From: Phycisphaera mikurensis NBRC 102666
GTDB taxonomy: Bacteria > Planctomycetota > Phycisphaerae > Phycisphaerales > Phycisphaeraceae
Length of the DNA: 32,000 nucleotides
Reading direction: 5' to 3'
NCBI RefSeq assembly: GCF_000284115.1
Contig: NC_017080.1
Span: 2,460,001 to 2,492,000 of the forward strand
A program made the translations under genes and the position numbers. The notes under the pieces are model-generated. The model saw nothing but the letters and a program-made list of their open reading frames with translations, was not told the DNA's origin and did no database searches. Positions 26,306 to 32,000 of this stretch are shown piece by piece. Numbering within the stretch: the stretch's first letter is position 1; each line of letters starts with the position of its first letter.

Positions 26306-27250
26306 ATGAGCGCCATCACCCGCCCCACCAACGTGCAGGACGCCGAAGCCACCGGCTCCGGCAACCCGATCACCCGCTTCCTCGACGAGCACTACTTCGT
26401 GCTCCGGCGCCTGCACTCGCTCTCGGGGGTGTTCCCGGTCGGGCTGTTCGTCATCGCCCACCTCTTCACCAACGCCCAGATGGCCTGGGGTGACGGCGGC
26501 GAGACCTTCCAGCACGAGGTGGACTTCATCCACTCGATCCCGGCGCTGGTCTTCATCGAGATTGCGCTCTGGTCCGCCATCGCCTTCCACGCCGGGCTGG
26601 GCATCTGGTACACGGTCTCGGGCAAGAGCAACGTGAAGGACTACGGCTACGGCGGCAACTGGCGCTACACCCTGCAGCGGTGGAGCGGCATCGTCGCCCT
26701 GGTGTTCATCTTCTTCCACATCGCCACGCTGCGGTGGCGGTGGGACATCCTCGGCTGGTTCACGCCCTTCTACGGCCGCGGCTACGAGGCCCCGGGCATG
26801 CCGGCGGCGCTGGCCGACGTCCCGCTGTCGATGCCGCTGACGGCTTACGCCCTGCAGGTCAGCCCGATCGTCGCGCTCTTCTACATCCTCGGCGCCCTCG
26901 CGGTGGTCTTCCACTGGAGCAACGGGCTGTGGACGGCCGCGATCAGCTGGGGCCTGACGATCTCCGAGAAGGGGATGAAGCGGTGGGGCTATGCCTGCGT
27001 CGGCCTCTTCGTGGCGTTGACCGTCTTCTTCGGCGCCGCCATCGTCGGGGCGATGGCCTTCGACTTCGACGACATGCCCGCCGAGCAGATCGCCGCCTTC
27101 AGCGCCACCGTCCCCGACTCCGACTGGATCTTCGACGACTTCGACCGCCCGCAGATCGAGGCCATCCTCGACGGCTACGGCACCGTCGACGGCGTGGGCG
27201 AACCCGAAGTCGGCGCCCCCGCCCCCCATCACAGCGCCCGAGGCACCTGA
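26306..27250 (+). CDS. sdhC: succinate dehydrogenase cytochrome b558 subunit
   Basis: LRRLHSLSGVFPVGLFVIAHLFTNAQ, IALWSAIAFHAGLGIWYT, and heme-associated histidines in TM segments. Confidence 0.88.
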   Translation: MSAITRPTNVQDAEATGSGNPITRFLDEHYFVLRRLHSLSGVFPVGLFVIAHLFTNAQMAWGDGGETFQHEVDFIHSIPALVFIEIALWSAIAFHAGLGIWYTVSGKSNVKDYGYGGNWRYTLQRWSGIVALVFIFFHIATLRWRWDILGWFTPFYGRGYEAPGMPAALADVPLSMPLTAYALQVSPIVALFYILGALAVVFHWSNGLWTAAISWGLTISEKGMKRWGYACVGLFVALTVFFGAAIVGAMAFDFDDMPAEQIAAFSATVPDSDWIFDDFDRPQIEAILDGYGTVDGVGEPEVGAPAPHHSARGT

Positions 27251-27266
27251 GCGGACAGATCCGCTC
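27249..27266. promoter_or_regulatory. short hairpin at the sdhC stop codon
   Basis: GAGCGGA-CAGA-TCCGCTC, 7-bp perfect inverted repeat. Confidence 0.35.
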
Positions 27267-27325
27267 CTACGCTGCGTTGCCGTCGTTTTGGAGGCGGCAG
27301 ACGACTCCGGATCTGCTGACACGCA

Positions 27326-27344
27326 GACCGGGGTCCCCCCGGTC
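27326..27344. promoter_or_regulatory. short GC hairpin in the sdhC-sdhA intergenic region
   Basis: GACCGGGG-TCC-CCCCGGTC, 8-bp perfect inverted repeat with no T-tract. Confidence 0.35.
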
Positions 27345-27387
27345 GGAGGCGCACGACTCCCGCCACTCACCCTCGCGAAGCGAAATT

Positions 27388-29517
27388 TTGTTCCAAGCCA
27401 CCCCATCCGGCATCGGCTCCACGAAGGACCGCTCACACCCCCGCGTCATTGTCGTCGGCGGCGGCCTCGCCGGGCTCGCGGCCACGGTCCGTGTGGCCGA
27501 GGCGGGGCTGCCGGTGGACCTCTTCTCGATGATCCCGGTGAAGCGGAGCCACTCCGTGTGCGCCCAGGGCGGCATCAACGCCTGCAACAAGGTGGCCTCC
27601 CAGCAGGGCTACTCCGAGTGGCAGCACATGGACGAGACGCTGATCGGCGGCGACTTCCTCAACCACCAGCCGCCGGTCTACGAGATGGCCCACTGGGCCC
27701 CGAAGATCATCAACCTGCTGGATCGCTGCGGCGTGCCGTTCAACCGCACCGCCGAGGGCGAGCGGGACCTGCGCCTGTTTGGCGGCTCGCTGTTCAAGCG
27801 GACGCACTTCGCCGGCGCCTCCACCGGCCAGCAGCTGCTCTACGGCCTCGACGAGCAGACCCGCCGCTGGGAGGCCGAGGGCAAGGTCACCAAGCACGAG
27901 TTCTGGGAGTTCCTCTGGCCCATCCTCGACGCCGACGGCGCCTGCAAGGGCATCGTCGCGCAGGACATGCGGTCGATGCAGATCAAGCCCTTTCTCGCCG
28001 ACGCCGTGGTCATGGCCACCGGCGGCTGCGGGCTCGTGTACGGCAAGTCCACGATGTCGGTGATCTGCACCGGCGGCGCCGCCAGCCGCTGCTACCAGGC
28101 CGGCGTGGACCTCGGCAACCCCGAGATGATCCAGGTGCACCCCACCGCCATCCCCGGCGAGGACAAGTGCCGCCTCATGAGCGAGTCCGCCCGCGGCGAG
28201 GGCGGCCGCGTGTGGGTCCCCGCCAAGAAGGGCGACGACCGGCACCCGCTGGAGATCCCCGAGGAGGAGCGGAACTACTTCCTGGAGGAGAAGTACCCCG
28301 GCTACGGCAACCTCGTCCCGCGCGACATCGCCACCCGCGAGATCTTCTGGATCTGCGAGAAGGGCGAGGGCATCGGCGGCGGGAACCAGGTCTACCTGGA
28401 CATCACCCACCTGCCGGTGGCGACCAAGAACAAGCTGGCCGCGATCCTGGAGATCTACGAGAAGTTCACCGGCGACGACCCGCGGGAGGTCCCGATGAAG
28501 ATCTTCCCGGCGGTCCACTACTCGATGGGCGGGCTGTACACGACCTACGAGGCCTACGACCCCGAGCGGGACAAGATCACGCCCGCCCACCAGCCCAAGC
28601 GCAAGCCCAACGAGGGGATGCTCTACGGCGACCCGAAGAACATGATGACCAACGTGCCGGGGCTCTACGCCTTCGGCGAGGTCAACTACGCCTACCACGG
28701 AGCGACCCGCCTCGGCGCCAACGCCCTGCTGTCGTGCATCTTCGACGGCCTCTTCTGCGGCCTCTCGGTGGCGAACCACGCCCGGGAGCACGGCGGCGCG
28801 CCGGCCACGGAGCTGGATCCCGAGATCGTCGACGATCTTGTGGCCAAGGAGGAGGCGAAGGTCGAGCGCATCACCTCGATGACCGGCGAGAACAACCCCT
28901 ACGAGCTCCACGCCGAGCTCGGGCGCGAGATGACGATGGCCGCCACGGTGGTGAAGACCGAGCAGCGGCTGCTGGAGGCGCGGGAGAAGCTCAAGTCGCT
29001 CGGGGAGCGGGCGCAGAGCTTGAAGATCTCCGACACCGGGCTCTACACGAACCAGAACGTGAGCTTCAGCCGGGCCCTGAGCGACATGATCGTCTACAGC
29101 CAGGCCCTGATCGAGGGCTCGATCGCCCGCAAGGAGTCCCGCGGCTCTCACTACCGCGACGACTACCCCGAGCGCCTGGACGAGGACTTCCACGGCACGA
29201 CCCGGGTCCGCTACGACCCCGCCGCGCCCGAGGGCAACTGCCGGATCGAGTTCGAGCCCATCCCCTCCCCGCTCGTCCCGCTGCGGGCGCGGAGCTACGG
29301 CAAGACCGACCCCGCCAAGGTGGAGAAGGCCAAGGAGGAGCCCGGCGAGCAGAAGGCCGAGCTCACCGAGGCCATCGCCAGCACCGGCTACGACCAGCAG
29401 CCCGGCGTCGGCGAGGACAGCACGAAGGAGATGCCGCTGCCCAAGTACTCCGGCGACACCGGCGGCAACGAGGGCTTCGAGGAGCGCAACAAGGCGCACG
29501 CCAGCGACAAGGCCTGA
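27388..29517 (+). CDS. sdhA: succinate dehydrogenase/fumarate reductase flavoprotein subunit
   Basis: VIVVGGGLAGLAATVRVAEAG; KRSHSVCAQGGINA; HPTAIPG; ESARGEGGRVW; FPAVHYSMGGL. Start codon uncertain: no ATG or GTG between the sdhC stop and the Rossmann motif, so TTG 27388 is proposed. Confidence 0.9.
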   Translation: MFQATPSGIGSTKDRSHPRVIVVGGGLAGLAATVRVAEAGLPVDLFSMIPVKRSHSVCAQGGINACNKVASQQGYSEWQHMDETLIGGDFLNHQPPVYEMAHWAPKIINLLDRCGVPFNRTAEGERDLRLFGGSLFKRTHFAGASTGQQLLYGLDEQTRRWEAEGKVTKHEFWEFLWPILDADGACKGIVAQDMRSMQIKPFLADAVVMATGGCGLVYGKSTMSVICTGGAASRCYQAGVDLGNPEMIQVHPTAIPGEDKCRLMSESARGEGGRVWVPAKKGDDRHPLEIPEEERNYFLEEKYPGYGNLVPRDIATREIFWICEKGEGIGGGNQVYLDITHLPVATKNKLAAILEIYEKFTGDDPREVPMKIFPAVHYSMGGLYTTYEAYDPERDKITPAHQPKRKPNEGMLYGDPKNMMTNVPGLYAFGEVNYAYHGATRLGANALLSCIFDGLFCGLSVANHAREHGGAPATELDPEIVDDLVAKEEAKVERITSMTGENNPYELHAELGREMTMAATVVKTEQRLLEAREKLKSLGERAQSLKISDTGLYTNQNVSFSRALSDMIVYSQALIEGSIARKESRGSHYRDDYPERLDEDFHGTTRVRYDPAAPEGNCRIEFEPIPSPLVPLRARSYGKTDPAKVEKAKEEPGEQKAELTEAIASTGYDQQPGVGEDSTKEMPLPKYSGDTGGNEGFEERNKAHASDKA

Positions 29518-29620
29518 GCGGGCGGGCGGGCGTCGGAAGGCTGATGCGGGTCCGCGCTTCGGGCAAGCACCGGCAGGGGCCGCGGGTATCTTCTAGAAGA
29601 GTCCCGCCCGAGCTCCCGTC

Positions 29621-31090
29621 ATGTTCCGCCTGTTCCGCGCCCCGCTGCTCCGCCCGCTCTTCTTCGGCCTCCTGGCGTTGGCGGTTGTCCCCTTGTCGCC
29701 GCCCGCCTCGGCCGCTCCGCGGGAGGTGCGGGGAACGTGGCTGACGACCACCGGACCCGACTCCATCCGCTCGGGTCTGCGGACCGCGGCCACGGCCGCG
29801 GAGCTGCGGCGGGTGGGGATCAACACCGTCTACGGCGAGGCCTGGAAGAACGGCGCCACGCAGTTCGCGTCGCCGACGCTGGCGGCGTTCACCGGCGGCA
29901 TCGACCGCTCGCTCGCGCTCGGCTCGCGGGACCTGGTGGAGGAGGTCGGGATCCAGGCCCACCGGCAGGGGCAGCTGCACTACGCCTGGTTCGAGTACGG
30001 GCTGGCGGCCCAGTTCGTCGGTTCCGGCGGGACGCCCTCCAATCCGCTCGCCAAGCGGGCTCGCGAACGGGGCTGGCTGCTGCAGGACGCGAGCGGGCGC
30101 TACGCCAACGGGTCCAACGGCTTCGCCTGGATGAACCCGGCGGTCCCGGAGGTGCGGGAGCTGATCGTCGGCATCACGCTCGATTCGATCCGCCGCCACG
30201 ACCTCGACGGCGTGCAGTTCGACGACCGGCTCGCCTGGCCGGCGGAGTTCGGCTTCGACGCGACGACGGCGGCGCTCTACCGCGAGCAGACCGGCCGGTC
30301 GCTGCCCGCCCGCGCCGACGACGCGGCCTTCCGCTCCTGGAGGCAGGATCAGGTGACCACGCTCGCCCGCGAGATCAGCCGCGCGGTGCGGGCGGAGGCG
30401 CCCGGGGTGCGGCTGAGCCTGAGCCCGTCGGTGACCGGCTTCAGCGACCGGGCCTACAACGCGCCCTGGACCCGGTGGCTGGAGGAAGGCCTCTTCGACG
30501 AGTACGTCCCGCAGGTGTACCGGGCCGACCTCGCCGCCTACCGACAGGCGTTGACGCAGAACGCCGCCCCCTTCCAAGCCGGCGGCCGCCTCGGCGACCT
30601 CGTGGTGGGCCTCCGCCTCAACGGCAGCGGGGCCGACACCGAGCTCGGCGTGCTCCGGCAGCAGATCGTCGACGCGGCGCTGCTGCCCGGCGGGGGCGCG
30701 GCCGGCCACGCCATCTTCTACGCCAAGGGCGTGCTGGAGAACGCGGACGCGCTCGCCGCTTTCTACGGCGGCGAGCGGGATCCGCCCTTCTTCGCGAGCG
30801 ACCGCCGGCCGCCGCCGCGGGTGGCCTCGCCCGACGCGGCGGACGGCCTCTGGCGCGTCGAGGTCGCGGAGTCGATGAGCTACCGCGTCGTGGCGGAGAT
30901 CGCGGGGCGCTGGGTGGAGGTCGATCGTCGCTTCCTGGCCGCCGGACCGGCGAGCTTCGCGGTCCCCGGCGCCACGGCGGTGGAGCTGCTGGTCGACCGG
31001 CGGGCCCGCCACGCGGTCCCCGAGCCGGCGGCGGCCGCCGTGCTGCTGCTCGCGCCGGCGCTGGTCGCGCGGCGGCGCCGCGCGGCCTGA
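29621..31090 (+). CDS. exported GHL10/DUF187-like glycoside-hydrolase-like protein with PEP-CTERM-like tail
   Basis: Signal peptide; VRGTWLTTTGPDS, GINTVYGEAWKNG, DLDGVQFDDRLAWPAEFGFD; C-terminus VPEPAAAAVLLLAPALVARRRRAA. Confidence 0.83.
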   Translation: MFRLFRAPLLRPLFFGLLALAVVPLSPPASAAPREVRGTWLTTTGPDSIRSGLRTAATAAELRRVGINTVYGEAWKNGATQFASPTLAAFTGGIDRSLALGSRDLVEEVGIQAHRQGQLHYAWFEYGLAAQFVGSGGTPSNPLAKRARERGWLLQDASGRYANGSNGFAWMNPAVPEVRELIVGITLDSIRRHDLDGVQFDDRLAWPAEFGFDATTAALYREQTGRSLPARADDAAFRSWRQDQVTTLAREISRAVRAEAPGVRLSLSPSVTGFSDRAYNAPWTRWLEEGLFDEYVPQVYRADLAAYRQALTQNAAPFQAGGRLGDLVVGLRLNGSGADTELGVLRQQIVDAALLPGGGAAGHAIFYAKGVLENADALAAFYGGERDPPFFASDRRPPPRVASPDAADGLWRVEVAESMSYRVVAEIAGRWVEVDRRFLAAGPASFAVPGATAVELLVDRRARHAVPEPAAAAVLLLAPALVARRRRAA

Positions 31091-31092
31091 AT

Positions 31093-31138
31093 CCGCGGAT
31101 CGCGGGCTCCGCCGCCCCGCGGCGGCCGCGGTCCGCGG
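31093..31138. repeat. 46-bp dyad element, copy G
   Basis: CCGCGGATCG-N26-CGGTCCGCGG; inner CCGCCGC...GCGGCGG hairpin; starts 3 nt after the stop at 31090. Confidence 0.82.
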
Positions 31139-31153
31139 CGCCGGCCGGCCGCT

Positions 31154-31627
31154 TCAGCGGCTGGGCAGCTCGGCGAACTCCAGGTAGAGGCGGAAGAGGT
31201 CGCCGAGCATCCGCGTGAGCTCGTCGGCGGCGAAGGGCTTCACGAGGTAGAGGTTGCAACCCGCCGCGTAGCTCTCGTCCACGTCCCAAGGGGCGGTGCT
31301 GGTCGTGAACATCACCACCGGCAGGCGGGCGTACCGCTCGTCGCCGCGGAGCTCGCGGAGGAACTGCTTGCCGTCGAGCCGCGGCATGTTGACATCGAGG
31401 AGGATCAGGCTCGGCCGCGGGAGCGGGCCGGACACCCTCTTGTCGGCGCCGCGGTTGCGGAGCAGGTCGAGCGCCTCCAGGCCGTCCATCGCCTCGACGA
31501 CGTCCAGCGGGCGTTGCAGGCTGGCGATCGCCATCCGCGCCAGCTCGCGGTCGTCGGGGTTGTCGTCAACGAGCAGAACCACCGGTCGCGGAGGCTCGAC
31601 GGCGGGCTTCGGGTACGTCTGCGTCAT
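31154..31627 (-). CDS. response regulator, Rcp1-like CheY domain
   Basis: VVLLVDDNPDDRELARMAI, LILLDVNMPRLDGKQFL, VVMFTTS, NLYLVKPF. Confidence 0.92.
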   Translation of the reverse strand: MTQTYPKPAVEPPRPVVLLVDDNPDDRELARMAIASLQRPLDVVEAMDGLEALDLLRNRGADKRVSGPLPRPSLILLDVNMPRLDGKQFLRELRGDERYARLPVVMFTTSTAPWDVDESYAAGCNLYLVKPFAADELTRMLGDLFRLYLEFAELPSR

Positions 31628-31695
31628 CGGGAACCGCTTCGGAGGAACCGTCGGGCGGCCGAGGGCACCTCCTGACTGGCCCGGAGCAGGGGAGT

Positions 31696-32000
31696 CTAGC
31701 GGCTGGAGCCGCCGCGTCGCCGGGCCGCGGGCAGCTCCACCAGGAAGCGGGTTGGCATCTCGTCGCCTTCGTCGCGCTCCGCCCAGACGCGGCTGCCGTG
31801 CCGCGAAAGCACCCGCCGGACGATCGAGAGGCCGACGCCCGACCCGGGGGAAGACTGCGGGTGGAAGCGGCTGAACGGCTCGAACAGACGCTCCGCCGCC
31901 TCGGGCGGGAAGCCCACGCCGCGATCCGCCACGACGATGCGGACCGATCCGGCGGGAGCCCCGGGCTCGGGCCGCACCCGGACCGTCGGCGGCGCGTCGC
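31696..32000 (-). CDS. sensor histidine kinase, C-terminal ATPase part (truncated by window edge)
   Basis: VRIVVADRGVGFPPEAAERLFEPFSRFH (G1) and GSGVGLSIVRRVLSRHGSRVWAE (G2); the reverse frame stays open to 32000. Confidence 0.85.
   Translation of the reverse strand, partial: DAPPTVRVRPEPGAPAGSVRIVVADRGVGFPPEAAERLFEPFSRFHPQSSPGSGVGLSIVRRVLSRHGSRVWAERDEGDEMPTRFLVELPAARRRGGSSR

Noticed and set aside
1-32000. Search for defence systems, toxin-antitoxin pairs, retrons, prophage or integrase genes.
   Set aside because: All confident proteins fall into housekeeping, transport, redox, regulatory or unknown families; nothing supports such a system here.

Overview
This is a very GC-rich bacterial chromosomal window, probably from Planctomycetota/Phycisphaerae (inferred from gene content, not tested by search). 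It carries about 25 densely packed genes. In order they are: a class I P450 operon (putidaredoxin-type ferredoxin, FAD reductase, cytochrome P450); a DUF1559-like prepilin; a zinc alcohol dehydrogenase plus esterase-D-like hydrolase pair; fabI; a PpiC-like lipoprotein; a YbbR-like membrane protein; a response regulator; a DUF2064 protein; a short pheT; an ECF sigma factor with a zinc-finger anti-sigma-like partner; a FecCD permease with its binding lipoprotein; accC and accB; katG; a DUF5872-like/Rho_N protein; an M24 peptidase; a DUF1844 protein; sdhC and sdhA; a GHL10/DUF187-like exported protein with a PEP-CTERM-like tail; and a CheY-like regulator with a truncated histidine kinase. I found no complete defence system, CRISPR array, transposase, rRNA or tRNA. 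The strongest possibly undescribed signal is a dispersed dyad element of exactly 46 bp (CCGCGGAYCG-N26-CGGTCCGCGG). It has seven perfect or near-perfect copies and two degenerate ones, mostly in intergenic DNA, but one copy encodes the linker right after a lipoprotein cysteine. A second signal is a pair of hairpin-like arrays of a degenerate 8-mer (GAAGCGRA/TYCGCTTC) flanking accC. All repeat counts were made by eye.
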